A stretch of DNA of 64,000 bases, taken from contig OZ253452.1 of NCBI GenBank assembly GCA_965261425.1, positions 1,697,160-1,761,159 of the forward strand, written 5' to 3'. The notes beneath the pieces are model-generated. The model saw nothing but the letters and a program-made list of their open reading frames with translations, made no database searches and was not told the DNA's origin. This document shows positions 10,612-20,850 of this stretch, piece by piece (position 1 is the first letter of the stretch; each line of letters begins with the position of its first letter). The stretch is from Candidatus Spongiihabitans sp. Its GTDB lineage: Bacteria; Pseudomonadota; Gammaproteobacteria; Arenicellales; Poriferihabitantaceae. A program made the translations under genes and the position numbers.

Positions 10612-11706
10612 CTTACATTCACATCATAAGTGCAACACTTCTTAAGTCAGCCAAAGGGTATATTAAGACTCTTTTAACTGACCTGAAAAAGGAGTGCATA
10701 ATGCGACAATATACCCATTTGACTGAACACGAAAGATACCATATATGGCTGATGATAGGACAACAAGATTCACTAACAAGCATTGCTAATCGGATGGGCA
10801 GAAGTGTCTCAACAATTAGCCGAGAGATTAAACGCAATACAGGTAAAAGAGGTTATCGATACCAACAAGCGGGTCGGTTTGCTCATGCTAGGCATCAAAC
10901 TAAAAACAAGCATATCAAACTGACCCCGCAGGTAATACGCTATGTCAAGGATAATCTCAAACAATACTGGTGCCCTGAACAAGTTGCTAACCGGTTATAT
11001 TGTGATTGGGACATTAGTATTAGCACTGAAACCATCTATCGCTTTGTATTGAAAAACAAAATGGCAGGCTCCAATCTTTATAAATATCTGAAGGTGCCAG
11101 AGCCGTCCATATCGTAAACGATACGGCAAGCCTGATTACAGGGGCAAGATACCCAAACAGAGTGGATATAGCTGATCGTCCTAGCATTGTTGATACGCGC
11201 AGTCGCATTGGTGATTGGGAGGCGGATACCGTGATAGGAAAAAATCATCAAGGAGCCATACTTACCTTGATAGAAAGAAAGAGCAGGCTTTATCTTGCCC
11301 TGCCTATTAAACGTAAGACCGCACAAGCAAGTCGTGATGCAATCATTGAGCTACTCAGCCCCATTAAGAATCTGGTGCATACCATTACCTTTGATAATGG
11401 CAGAGAGTTTAACCGCCATGGTGAAATTGCCAAACAATTAAATTGCAACACTTACTTTGCCAAACTGTATCATAGCTGGGAGCGTGGATCGAATGAAAAC
11501 CATAACGGGCTATTGAGACAGTTCTTCCCGAAAAAGATGAAACTTGATAAAATCACTGACAATGCGGTGAAAACAGCAACAGATTTAATGAATAATCGTC
11601 CCAGAAAATGTCTGGGATTTAAGACCCCTTTCGAGGTCTTTGCTGAAATGATGGGCAAAGACTATTTCTTTAACTACCGTGTTGCACTTATGGGTTGAAT
11701 TCGCCA
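10612..11706 (+). mobile_element. IS30-family insertion sequence, copy 1 (1095 bp), transposase broken into two ORFs
   Basis: Termini are CTTACATTCACATCATAAGTGCAACAC and GTGTTGCACTTATGGGTTGAATTCGCCA (imperfect inverted repeats). It has the IS30 signatures MRQYTHLTEHERYHIW (HTH), RIGDWEADTVIG and FDNGREF. It is split into ORFs 10701-11117 and 11162-11698. One extra base near 11090 is seen relative to copy 2. A second break near 11158-11163 is shared with copy 2. Confidence 0.9.
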
Positions 11707-11708
11707 CT

Positions 11709-11777
11709 TATAAATGACCGATTGAGACCGCTTTTGACACCGCTAGAGGACAAAAGAACTATCGTGCAAAGGTCTCA
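11709..11777. repeat. R3 short repeat (TATAAATGACCGATTGAGACC...CGTGCAAAGGTCTCA)
   Basis: Near-identical to 31253-31317. It has internal inverted TGAGACC/GGTCTCA ends. Here it directly abuts the right end of IS30 copy 1. Confidence 0.55.
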
Positions 11778-11841
11778 ATACATATCAATCATCGGCTACG
11801 GCAACCAAGTCGGATGCTAAACACATTATCAGGAAAATTTT

Positions 11842-14511
11842 ATGCACACCAGTAATAACTCGTTCAACAGTTATGCCACGCTCGAAGTCAAAGGAAAAAC
11901 CTATAGCTACTATAATCTGAAAGCTGACCGCGTAGCCGACTTAGCCGATATTAGCCGACTACCCAATTCCATTAAAGTGTTATTGGAAAATTTGTTGCGC
12001 CACGAAGAAGGTGTGGCTTGCACGGTGGGGGATATTGAGGCGGTTGCCAAGAGTGCCGAGCAAACAACCACACAAGAAATCGCCTACCATCCGGCACGGA
12101 TATTGATGCAAGATTTCACTGGCGTACCCGCTGTGGTTGATTTGGCGGCCATGCGTGACGCGCTGGTTAAGGCGAATGACGACCCCGAAAAAATCAATCC
12201 TCTGTCGCCGGTCGATTTAGTCATTGACCACTCGGTTGTGATTGACCAGTTTGCAACCAATACCGCTCTCGCTGCCAATGTCGAATTTGAAATGCAACGG
12301 AATACGGAACGCTATGCGTTTCTCAAATGGGGACAGGCGGCGTTTGATAACTTCAAGTTGGTGCCGCCCGGCACCGGCATTTGCCATCAGGTTAATCTGG
12401 AATACCTTGCCAAAGTTGTTTGGAGCGATGAGTGCAATGGCGAAATGGTGGCTTATCCGGATACATTGGTCGGCACCGATAGCCACACCACCATGGTCAA
12501 TGGGCTGGGGGTATTGGGCTGGGGAGTCGGCGGTATTGAAGCAGAAGCCGCGATGTTGGGACAGCCAATACCAATGCTGATTCCACAAGTGGTTGGTTTT
12601 GAATTAAGCGGCAAATTGAGCGAGGGCATCACTGCCACCGATTTGGTCTTACTCATTGTGCAAATGCTTCGGCAACAGGGCGTGGTGGGCAAATTCGTGG
12701 AATTTTATGGTAATGCGCTGGACAACCTGCCACTTGCCGATAGAGCGACGATTGCCAACATGGCACCCGAATATGGTGCGACCTGCGGGTTCTTTTCGAT
12801 AGACCAGAAAACCATCGACTACCTGCGCCTGAGCGGTCGCACCGAAGACGCGGTGGCATTGGTCGAGGCGTATAGCAAGGCGCAAGGTATGTGGCGAGAC
12901 AGCGCGGCACCACAACCGTTGTTTGCGGCGACTTTGAAACTCGATATTAGCGAAGTACAGCCGAATTTATCCGGCCCGAAACGACCGCAAGATCGGGTTT
13001 CCTTGCCGGACATGCCTGCCGCTATGGATGAGTTCATTCAACAGGATGGTAAGCAGGATGAAATAGACAAAAGTTTTGCTACTGCCGATGGCTATGATCT
13101 GCATCACGGCGATGTGGTGGTGGCAGCGATTACCTCTTGCACCAACACCTCGAATCCGGCGGTCATGGTGGGTGCGGGATTGGTGGCGAAGAAAGCCGTT
13201 GAGCGCGGTTTGACATGCCCACCTTGGGTCAAGACCTCGCTGGCACCCGGCTCCAAAGTCGTCACCGAATATCTACAAAAAGCCGAGTTGCAACAATATC
13301 TCGACCAGCTCGGATTCAATACTGTAGGCTATGGCTGCACAACCTGTATCGGCAACTCCGGACCTTTGCCCGAAGCGGTGCATGAAACGGTGGTTGCCCA
13401 CGATTTGGTGGTCACATCAGTATTATCGGGCAACCGCAACTTTGAAGGGCGGATTCACCCCTTGGTCAAAGCCAACTGGTTATCGTCGCCACCACTGGTA
13501 GTCGCCTACGCGCTGGCAGGGAATACCCGCATTGATATTGCCAATGATGCCATCGGACAAGACAAAGATGGCAACTCCGTGTTCCTCAAAGATATTTGGC
13601 CAAGCAATGATGAGGTGGCAAGCGAGGTTGCCAAACTCGATACCTCGATGTTCACCAGCAAATACGCCGATGTCTTTGCCGGCGATAACAAGTGGCAGGC
13701 GGTGCCGACCGGTGAAGGAAGTACCTATACCTTCTCGGCAGATTCGACTTATATTCAGTTGCCGCCCTTTTTCGATGAGCAATACACCAGCGGCAAGAAT
13801 AAAAACATCATTGGCGCACGGCTGTTGGCATTGCTCGGGGATTCTGTGACCACAGATCACATTTCTCCGGCAGGCTCCATCGCCACCGACAGTCCGGCCG
13901 CACAATATCTCATCGAAAATGGGGTATCGCCTAAAGCGTTTAATTCCTACGGCTCTCGGCGTGGCAACCACGAGGTGATGATTCGCGGCACATTCGCAAA
14001 TATTCGTATCAAAAATGAGTTGGTGGCGGGTACCGAAGGCGGCTATACCTGCACCAATGACGACCCGAGGGTGGTGCCAATTTATGAGGCTGCGATGAAT
14101 TATCAGGCAGCCGGCATCCCGACTGTGGTGGTTGCTGGTAGCGAATACGGCACCGGCTCAAGTCGTGACTGGGCTGCCAAAGGCACTTTATTGCTCGGCG
14201 TAAAAGCGGTCATCGTAGAGAGTTTTGAACGAATTCACCGCTCCAATCTGGTTGGAATGGGGGTATTGCCATTACAGTTTATGCCCGATGAAAATCGTAA
14301 AACGCTTAATATCACGGGGAGCGACAGCATCGATATTTTCGGATTGGACGGCACCTTAACGCCCAAGCAAATTTTTGTAGCCCACATCAATCGCGCCGAT
14401 GGCTCGGTTGACAAAATACAACTGCAATCAAGAATAGATACTGCGGTTGAAGTGGACTACTACCTGTGTGGTGGCGTATTGCCTTTCGTATTAAAAAAAC
14501 TGAAAGGTTAG
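11842..14511 (+). CDS. acnA: aconitate hydratase A
   Basis: 889-aa ORF with the typical AcnA/IRP layout, including [34 protein letters not shown] and [12 protein letters not shown] (Fe-S cluster cysteines). The C-terminus is [11 protein letters not shown]. Confidence 0.95.
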   Translation: MHTSNNSFNSYATLEVKGKTYSYYNLKADRVADLADISRLPNSIKVLLENLLRHEEGVACTVGDIEAVAKSAEQTTTQEIAYHPARILMQDFTGVPAVVDLAAMRDALVKANDDPEKINPLSPVDLVIDHSVVIDQFATNTALAANVEFEMQRNTERYAFLKWGQAAFDNFKLVPPGTGICHQVNLEYLAKVVWSDECNGEMVAYPDTLVGTDSHTTMVNGLGVLGWGVGGIEAEAAMLGQPIPMLIPQVVGFELSGKLSEGITATDLVLLIVQMLRQQGVVGKFVEFYGNALDNLPLADRATIANMAPEYGATCGFFSIDQKTIDYLRLSGRTEDAVALVEAYSKAQGMWRDSAAPQPLFAATLKLDISEVQPNLSGPKRPQDRVSLPDMPAAMDEFIQQDGKQDEIDKSFATADGYDLHHGDVVVAAITSCTNTSNPAVMVGAGLVAKKAVERGLTCPPWVKTSLAPGSKVVTEYLQKAELQQYLDQLGFNTVGYGCTTCIGNSGPLPEAVHETVVAHDLVVTSVLSGNRNFEGRIHPLVKANWLSSPPLVVAYALAGNTRIDIANDAIGQDKDGNSVFLKDIWPSNDEVASEVAKLDTSMFTSKYADVFAGDNKWQAVPTGEGSTYTFSADSTYIQLPPFFDEQYTSGKNKNIIGARLLALLGDSVTTDHISPAGSIATDSPAAQYLIENGVSPKAFNSYGSRRGNHEVMIRGTFANIRIKNELVAGTEGGYTCTNDDPRVVPIYEAAMNYQAAGIPTVVVAGSEYGTGSSRDWAAKGTLLLGVKAVIVESFERIHRSNLVGMGVLPLQFMPDENRKTLNITGSDSIDIFGLDGTLTPKQIFVAHINRADGSVDKIQLQSRIDTAVEVDYYLCGGVLPFVLKKLKG

Positions 14512-14531
14512 AGACCTTTGCATCATTCAAA
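14511..14531 (-). repeat. R2 motif, reverse orientation, abutting the acnA stop codon
   Basis: GAGACCTTTGCATCATTCAAA is the reverse complement of TTTGAATGATGCAAAGGTCTC. Its first base is the last base of the acnA TAG stop. Confidence 0.5.
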
Positions 14532-14589
14532 TTCGACCGCCATGGAAGGCGGAAAACCCTATTGTTAATGGAAAATTGACAATTAGCAA

Positions 14590-15174
14590 TTAGGCTATTT
14601 GAATATACAGTGCCAACATTGGTGTTGAGCCTGCTTGAACGCCGTGCCAATTATACGGCTGGTTATAAAGCAGGTTGCCCGCTGCCATGTTGCGAAAATC
14701 GTGATGCCCGCCCCAACGCCATTGGGCGGTTCCCGAAAGGATAAAATACATTTCATGTGGGGGATGATTGTGTAGCGGGTAGGCTTGATTGATGTCAACA
14801 TACATCAAGCCAGCAACCAGTTCGCCGATTGCAAACAGTTTGCTAAAATCCATAATCGCTACTGCGGTACCTCGATCTATGGTGCGCGGGGAATAATCCC
14901 ACGGCAAATAAGACGCAAATTGTTGGAAATCTTGTGCCAGTTTCATGTCTTTGACCCATTTCAGATGACTCAGACAAGGCAATGGATTGGGCTGGAAATC
15001 TTGAACGGCTTCTCGTTTGAGCGCGTGTTGAGACGACTCTAAAAATGCTTTGACCATATTGACTTCGACTGCCGACTCGGCACAAAGCATCATGGCATTT
15101 GCACATCTTGCCATGAATTGGTGGGCTTGTTGGGCAATGCCGACAGGCGAAAAATCACCCCTCAAATCATTCAT
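14590..15174 (-). CDS. cupin-fold protein, resembles the dimethylsulfoniopropionate-lyase (DddL-like) cupin family
   Basis: 194-aa ORF with the cupin metal motif YPLHNHPPHEMYFILSGTAQW...WHGVQAG. The family assignment is from memory of the motif pattern only. Confidence 0.45.
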   Translation of the reverse strand: MNDLRGDFSPVGIAQQAHQFMARCANAMMLCAESAVEVNMVKAFLESSQHALKREAVQDFQPNPLPCLSHLKWVKDMKLAQDFQQFASYLPWDYSPRTIDRGTAVAIMDFSKLFAIGELVAGLMYVDINQAYPLHNHPPHEMYFILSGTAQWRWGGHHDFRNMAAGNLLYNQPYNWHGVQAGSTPMLALYIQIA

Positions 15175-16478
15175 TAGGTGATCGTTTTTTCGTTATCGTC
15201 ATTGCCTGCGGGCTCTTCAGCATCGTCAGTTTCTGCGAATTGCTGCTCCACATAATCCGCGACATCGGGGGCGTTATATGCTGCCACCGGCGTACCAATC
15301 TGCCCAGCTACGACAAGCGGTCGTTGGTCGTCCAAAGCAACCGTATGGGTCACCGTCATACGGTAAATCGCAAATACCAAAATCAAGGCAAAGGCACTGG
15401 CGATGCCGATGAAATAAAACATCGAACCGAATTTTTCCATCAAAAAAGCAACCATGATTGGACCAGTACTCAGCCCGATACCAGCAACCATCACCAAGCT
15501 GCCGCTGGCGGGAACAATTTGTTCTGGCTGGAGACGGTCATTGGCATAGGCGATGCTGAGCGAGTACATCGGCATCGCCGCACTACCAAGAATGACGATG
15601 ACCACAAAGAACAGCAAGCCACTTTTTGGAAGCAATATTGCCGTGATGCAGGCAATGATAACCGTTACTGCCATGCCGATGATGACTACGCGGCGATTAA
15701 CTCGATCCGAAATCCAGCCAATCGGCCATTGAAAAATGACCCCGCCGAACAAAAACGAAGCCATAAATAATGAAGTCAACTCAACGTCATTCAGTTCCTG
15801 CCACGCATATACCGCGCCTAAACCAAAAACGGTGCCGTGGGCAGCACCGGTTAAACCATTACTGACCACTGCCAGCGGCGATGCGCGGTACAGTTTTGCC
15901 AGCGACATTTTACCGGTTGATACGAATGCCGGTGCCGGTCGTGCGGTCAACAAAATGGGAATTAAGCCGAGTGAAACGACAATCGAAACCAGCACAAACA
16001 AATCCACACTTTCCGGACTACTAAAACCAAGCAAGAACTGACCGCTGCCCATGCCAAACGTGACCACAACCATATATACCGACAGCACCTGACCGCGTGT
16101 TTCATTGCTGGCGCGATCATTCAACCAGCTTTCGGCAACCACATATATTCCAGCATAACTGATGCCGGTAATTAAGCGCATCAGGGTCCAAATGACTACA
16201 TCAATATAAATGCCTTGAACCAGAATCGAAATTGAAGCGAGCGAAGCCAATGCCGCGAATACCCGAATATGCCCAACGCGCTGTACTAATTTGGGCGCAA
16301 TCATCGAGCCTACGAATACGCCAACGAAATAGCCCGACATCATTATTCCGGTGATAAAGGTCGGGAACCCCTCTATGGTGGCGCGCAACCCCAGCAAGGT
16401 GCCCTGCAAGCCATTGCCAACCATCATGAATCCAATGCCGATGAGTAACGCCCAGGCGGCGCGAAGTTCTGTCCACAT
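15174..16478 (-). CDS. MFS transporter
   Basis: 434-aa ORF with about 12 predicted hydrophobic segments and an acidic C-terminal tail. Its stop and start junction is shared with the cupin gene, suggesting an operon. Confidence 0.85.
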   Translation of the reverse strand: MWTELRAAWALLIGIGFMMVGNGLQGTLLGLRATIEGFPTFITGIMMSGYFVGVFVGSMIAPKLVQRVGHIRVFAALASLASISILVQGIYIDVVIWTLMRLITGISYAGIYVVAESWLNDRASNETRGQVLSVYMVVVTFGMGSGQFLLGFSSPESVDLFVLVSIVVSLGLIPILLTARPAPAFVSTGKMSLAKLYRASPLAVVSNGLTGAAHGTVFGLGAVYAWQELNDVELTSLFMASFLFGGVIFQWPIGWISDRVNRRVVIIGMAVTVIIACITAILLPKSGLLFFVVIVILGSAAMPMYSLSIAYANDRLQPEQIVPASGSLVMVAGIGLSTGPIMVAFLMEKFGSMFYFIGIASAFALILVFAIYRMTVTHTVALDDQRPLVVAGQIGTPVAAYNAPDVADYVEQQFAETDDAEEPAGNDDNEKTIT

Positions 16479-16634
16479 ATCGAAACCCGTCGTATTTGTG
16501 AGTCTTATTGAACAACCCTAGTAATTTCAGCATTCAATAATTTCGTTAAAACCGATATCTCGTATCAGCCAAAGAGAACGCCCAGCAATCCCCCGATAAT
16601 CGGAGTGGTAATTAGGCGGATTCTAAATGATATG

Positions 16635-16853
16635 TTATGCGAGCACTGTTTGTTTTTGTATTGGCAGATGGCTCATTGTAAATTCTTTTAAGTCGATAAT
16701 TTTGCTTGCATTGTCAATATCAATACCCGTAATTTTCCCAGAACTATCATAATCAATAACAACACCCTCTGAAATTTCTTTGCTGTCAACGCTTTTAGTT
16801 GACGACAAATCGATATATAAAGAATCTGTATCGGCGTAATAATTGAGTTTCAT
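16635..16853 (-). CDS. DUF2283-family small protein (antitoxin-like partner of DUF4258)
   Basis: 72 aa: MKLNYYADTDSLYIDLSSTKSVDSKEISEGVVIDYDSSGKITGIDIDNAS, the typical DUF2283 pattern. Its ATG overlaps the stop of the upstream fragment (ATGA). Confidence 0.75.
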   Translation of the reverse strand: MKLNYYADTDSLYIDLSSTKSVDSKEISEGVVIDYDSSGKITGIDIDNASKIIDLKEFTMSHLPIQKQTVLA

Positions 16854-16997
16854 TGTTTATATCCTCTATCAAAAAACGCATTATGAATTGTCATTCTATC
16901 TGACAATGTTATAACCCTTAAAATCTTTCCATCTATGCCTGCTACTGTTCCCCAAAATCGCACACGACCATTTTCTTGTTCTTGAACTTTTAACTGA
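16850..16997 (-). pseudogene. DUF4258-like toxin gene, 5'-truncated by IS30 copy 2
   Basis: My translation of the minus strand gives QLKVQEQENGRVRFWGTVAGIDGKILRVITLSDRMTIHNAFFDRGYKQ*. The pattern RV.T....T.HNAF.DR is typical of DUF4258 C-termini. The frame is cut at the IS30 left end (16998). Confidence 0.55.
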
Positions 16998-18002
16998 CTT
17001 ACATTCACATCATAAGTGCAACACTTCTTAAGTCAGCCAAAGGGTATATTAAGACTCTTTTAACTGACCTGAAAAAGGAGTGCATAATGCGACAATATAC
17101 CCATTTGACTGAACACGAAAGATACCATATATGGCTGATGATAGGACAACAAGATTCACTAACAAGCGGGTCGGTTTGCTCATGCTAGCCATCAAACTAA
17201 AAACAAGCATATCAAACTGACCCCGCAGGTAATACGCTATGTCAAGGATAATCTCAAACAATACTGGTGCCCTGAACAAGTTGCTAACCGGTTATATTGT
17301 AATTGGGACATTAGTATTAGCACTGAAACCATCTATCGCTTTGTATTGAAAAACAAAATGGCAGGCTCCAATCTTTATAAATACCTAAGGTGCCAGAGCC
17401 GTCCATATCGTAAACGATACGGCAAGCCTGATTACAGGGGCAAGATACCCAAACAGAGTGGATATAGCTGATCGTCCTAGCATTGTTGATACGCGCAGTC
17501 GCATTGGTGATTGGGAGGCGGATACCGTGATAGGAAAAAATCATCAAGGAGCCATACTTACCTTGATAGAAAGAAAGAGCAGGCTTTATCTTGCCCTGCC
17601 TATTAAACGTAAGACCGCACAAGCAAGTCGTGATGCAATCATTGAGCTACTCAGCCCCATTAAGAATCTGGTGCATACCATTACCTTTGATAATGGCAGA
17701 GAGTTTAACCGCCATGGCGAGATTGCCAAACAATTAAATTGCAACACTTACTTTGCCAAACCGTGTCATAGCTGGGAGCGTGAATCGAATGAAAACCATA
17801 ACGGGCTATTGAGACAGTTCTTCCCGAAAAAGATGAAACTTGATAAAATCACTGACAATGCGGTGAAAACAGCAACAGATTTAATGAATAATCGTCCCAG
17901 AAAATGTCTGGGATTTAAGACCCCTTTCGAGGTCTTTGCTGAAATGATGGAAAAAAACTATTTCTTTAAACACCGTGTTGCACTTATGGGTTGAATTCGC
18001 CA
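16998..18002 (+). mobile_element. IS30-family insertion sequence, copy 2 (1005 bp), internally deleted
   Basis: Same termini as copy 1. An 89-bp deletion between two AACAAGC heptamers removes the HTH segment IANRMGRSVSTISREIKRN.... The frame break before VDIADRPSIV is shared with copy 1. The downstream ORF 17458-17994 differs from copy 1 by a few substitutions. Confidence 0.9.
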
Positions 18003-18210
18003 TGGGGATATTGGGTTTGTAATAGAGGATATAATCCGCTCTTTTTTGCTTGCCACGGCTGGTTAAGTTGCCTCTAACGTAAATACGGCCATCCGTAAAA
18101 GACACTTCTTCTCTAATTTGGGTAAGCGTATCCCAGCCTGCTTTTTCTAATGCAGGTTGAATAAATTTAGTGCAAATATCTCTTTCGGAGAGGTCTTTTT
18201 TAGAGTCCAT
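18003..18210 (-). pseudogene. hsdR: N-terminal fragment of a second, unrelated type I restriction R subunit, truncated by IS30 copy 2
   Basis: MDSKKDLSERDICTKFIQPALEKAGWDTLTQIREEVSFTDGRIYVRGNLTSRGKQKRADYILYYKPNIP matches the classic HsdR N-terminal nuclease-domain pattern. The ORF then reads into the IS30 right end. Confidence 0.65.
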
Positions 18211-18297
18211 CAGTTAGCACTTTCCGCTAATAAGCAATGTTCAAGTTTTTGATATGCGGTTTTTCAAATGAATTTCTGGAGCAAGCCCCAAAACACT

Positions 18298-19416
18298 CTA
18301 GCCTCTGGATCTCATTGCCTTGTCCCGAGCATCGCCAACCCAATCCAGAGCGGAACCTTTGCTGGCAAACGGGCGACCCTCTTTATCAACACAATGTTTA
18401 CCAAACACCACCGCTTCACTGACCGTGCCATGTTTTCGTAGCAAGGTGTGTTCAAATAACATGCTTTTGTGAACTTTAGCACCGCCTTCCAAATGACAAC
18501 CATGAGAAATCCATGTTGGACCCAAAATCTCACAGCCAGCTTCAATTTTTGAATTTGCACCGATATAGACCGGTCCTTCAATAAACGCACCCTGCCAGTC
18601 AATCGCCACATTCAAGCCAGTCCATATCTGTGGCATCACTTCCTTCCCCGGCATATTGATACCCCGAACCGCGCCACGCATCAGTTGTTGGTTGACCCGC
18701 CAGTAATCGCTCAACCGTCCGATGTCAACCCATCGAAAAGGCAACTCGATGGCAGCAAAGGGTAACCCCTTTGCCAGCAAATCGGGCAATAAATCTGCGC
18801 CAATATCATAGACCACCTCGCTGGGGATTAAATCAATGATTTGCGGTTCAAAAATATAAATGCCAGTATTGACTAAAGTCGATTTAGCCTCCTCCATGGT
18901 CGGCTTTTCCTGAAACGAGGTGATGGTGCCGTTTTCATCGGCAACCACAACCCCATAATCGGAAACTCTTTCCTTTTCTACGCGCTTGACCACAATGCTG
19001 GCTTGCGCGCCAGACTGCCAGTGTTTTCGAATCGCATCGGTTAAATTCAGATCAATAATAGCATCGCCACAAACCACGATAAAAGTATCATCAAAGAACC
19101 CGCCAAACTCTTGAATGCGTTTTATTCCCCCTGCAGATCCCAACGGCTCGCCAATGAGCTTCCCATTCTCCACATGCCCCTCAAACGAATACCCAATATG
19201 GACCCCCCAACGCCGACCGTCTCCAAAATAAGTCTCAATCGGCTCAGGTAAATGGCTGATATTGATCATGACATCGTGGAAGTTATGACTCGACAACTGT
19301 TCAATCAGATATTCCATCACCGGCTTTCCGAGAACCGGAATCATCGGCTTGGGCATCTCATAAGTAAGCGGTTGCACACGGGTTCCTTTCCCCGCCGCCA
19401 AAATCATTGCTTTCAT
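18298..19416 (-). CDS. sugar-phosphate nucleotidyltransferase (mannose-1-phosphate guanylyltransferase-like) with C-terminal left-handed beta-helix
   Basis: 372-aa ORF with MKAMILAAGKGTRVQPLT (GxGTR), GSAGGI, and C-terminal hexapeptide-like repeats. Confidence 0.82.
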   Translation of the reverse strand: MKAMILAAGKGTRVQPLTYEMPKPMIPVLGKPVMEYLIEQLSSHNFHDVMINISHLPEPIETYFGDGRRWGVHIGYSFEGHVENGKLIGEPLGSAGGIKRIQEFGGFFDDTFIVVCGDAIIDLNLTDAIRKHWQSGAQASIVVKRVEKERVSDYGVVVADENGTITSFQEKPTMEEAKSTLVNTGIYIFEPQIIDLIPSEVVYDIGADLLPDLLAKGLPFAAIELPFRWVDIGRLSDYWRVNQQLMRGAVRGINMPGKEVMPQIWTGLNVAIDWQGAFIEGPVYIGANSKIEAGCEILGPTWISHGCHLEGGAKVHKSMLFEHTLLRKHGTVSEAVVFGKHCVDKEGRPFASKGSALDWVGDARDKAMRSRG

Positions 19417-19662
19417 TATTTTATATGCGATAAGTTTTTAGTCTCGCCATAGTAAAGGATTCTGTTGCCGTATTCTATTGAATCGGCTATTTTTCAACTG
19501 GTGGCGCAGCTTCGATGAGCACTGCTTTGCGTATTCTCAACCAACCATTGTCTAAGTTATTTCCCCTATGTCACAGTTTTCGGTTACACTGTGCGGACTT
19601 GATGTTCGCGGATGTTCGTGTACATCGTCTAAATCAAGTTCAACCAAATCAGGAGTCAAAAG

Positions 19663-20742
19663 ATGAAAGTACAAAGTATCAAAAAACGCGCATGTGGTTT
19701 TGGTTTCGCTCTCGTGTTATCCATGGGGCTTGTCCCGAAGGTGGCTTGGGGGAAAACAACAAAACTATCCCGCCGCTTGGTGCTTTCCATGGCGGTTGCC
19801 ACTGTCAGTCTAGGGATGGCAATGTCGCTCTCTTTAGCATCAGCGGCAGAAATTGAAAAAATCCACTTCCTGATTCCTGGTGGTGCTGGGGGCGGGTGGG
19901 ACGGTACCGCACGTGGTACCGGTGAAGCACTGACAAAATCTGGACTGGTCGGAACGGCTTCTTATGAAAACATGTCCGGTGGTGGTGGTGGTAAAGCCAT
20001 CGCGCACTTGATTGAAACTGCGAAGCGCCAAGGTGATACCCTGATGGTGAACTCGACACCAATCGTCATTCGTTCACTGACCAAAGTATTCCCACAATCA
20101 TTCCGCGACCTAGTACCCGTTGCCGGTGTGATCGGTGACTACGCTGCCTTCGTTGTTCCAGCAGATTCCAAATACAAGTCTTTTTCTGAAGTTGTTGCCG
20201 ATTTCAAAGCTGATCCAAAATCTGTGAAAATTGCTGGTGGCTCTACCCGTGGTGGTATGGATCATCTGGTTGCGGCACAGGCATTCAAAGCAGCTGGTGG
20301 CGACCCTAAGACTGTAAAATACATTCCTTATGATGCTGGCGGTAAAGCAATGGCTGGGTTGCTCTCTGGCGAAACCGCCATTCTTTCAACAGGGCTTTCA
20401 GAAGCACTTGAACTAGAGCGTAGTGGTCAGGTTCGTATTCTTGCCATGACTGGTGCGAACCGTATCAGCGATGCTCCAAATGTACCCACCCTTACCGAGC
20501 AAGGTATTGATGCTACTTTCGTGAACTGGCGCGGTTTCTTCGCGGCTCCAGGCGCTTCTAAAGAAAAAGTGGCTCACTACAATGCCGTGCTTGAGAAAAT
20601 GTACGACACCCCAGAATGGGGAGCCGTTCGTGCCCGCAACGGTTGGGTTGAAGTATTCCAACCGGCTGATGTGTTCTACACCTTCTTGGAAGAGCAAGAA
20701 GGCATTATTGGTGACCTCATGAGAGATCTTGGCTTCCTTTAA
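19663..20742 (+). CDS. tctC: tripartite tricarboxylate transporter substrate-binding protein (Bug/TctC family)
   Basis: 359-aa ORF. The TctC-like periplasmic domain starts after the signal region (IHFLIPGGAGGGWDGTARG). It is followed by tctB and tctA. The start may be one of the internal Mets. Confidence 0.82.
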   Translation: MKVQSIKKRACGFGFALVLSMGLVPKVAWGKTTKLSRRLVLSMAVATVSLGMAMSLSLASAAEIEKIHFLIPGGAGGGWDGTARGTGEALTKSGLVGTASYENMSGGGGGKAIAHLIETAKRQGDTLMVNSTPIVIRSLTKVFPQSFRDLVPVAGVIGDYAAFVVPADSKYKSFSEVVADFKADPKSVKIAGGSTRGGMDHLVAAQAFKAAGGDPKTVKYIPYDAGGKAMAGLLSGETAILSTGLSEALELERSGQVRILAMTGANRISDAPNVPTLTEQGIDATFVNWRGFFAAPGASKEKVAHYNAVLEKMYDTPEWGAVRARNGWVEVFQPADVFYTFLEEQEGIIGDLMRDLGFL

Positions 20743-20762
20743 GCATAGAATAGCTTTATAAA

Positions 20763-20850
20763 GTGGAAACCCTTGCGGGTTTGGTTGTTTTACTGGGTTC
20801 CCGCTCCCCGCCTACGCGGGGACATGCTTCGCGGGAACGACGGATAGTGG
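20763..20850. repeat. R1 mosaic intergenic repeat, copy d
   Basis: GTGGAAACCCTTGCGGGTTTGGTTGTTTTACTGGGTTCCCGCTCCCCGCCTACGCGGGGACATGCTTCGCGGGAACGACGGATAGTGGTTTTT. Confidence 0.6.

Noticed and set aside
10612-18002. Composite IS30 transposon carrying acnA as cargo
   Set aside because: The two IS30 copies are in direct orientation. However, I see no matching 2-3 bp duplications at the outer junctions, the outer flanks belong to different truncated genes, and both transposases are damaged. Recombination between IS copies explains the structure better than a transposition event.
19515-19856. 113-aa ORF upstream of and overlapping tctC
   Set aside because: It overlaps the tctC start region in another frame and has no motif support. 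The AGGAG ribosome-binding site precedes the tctC ATG at 19663 instead.
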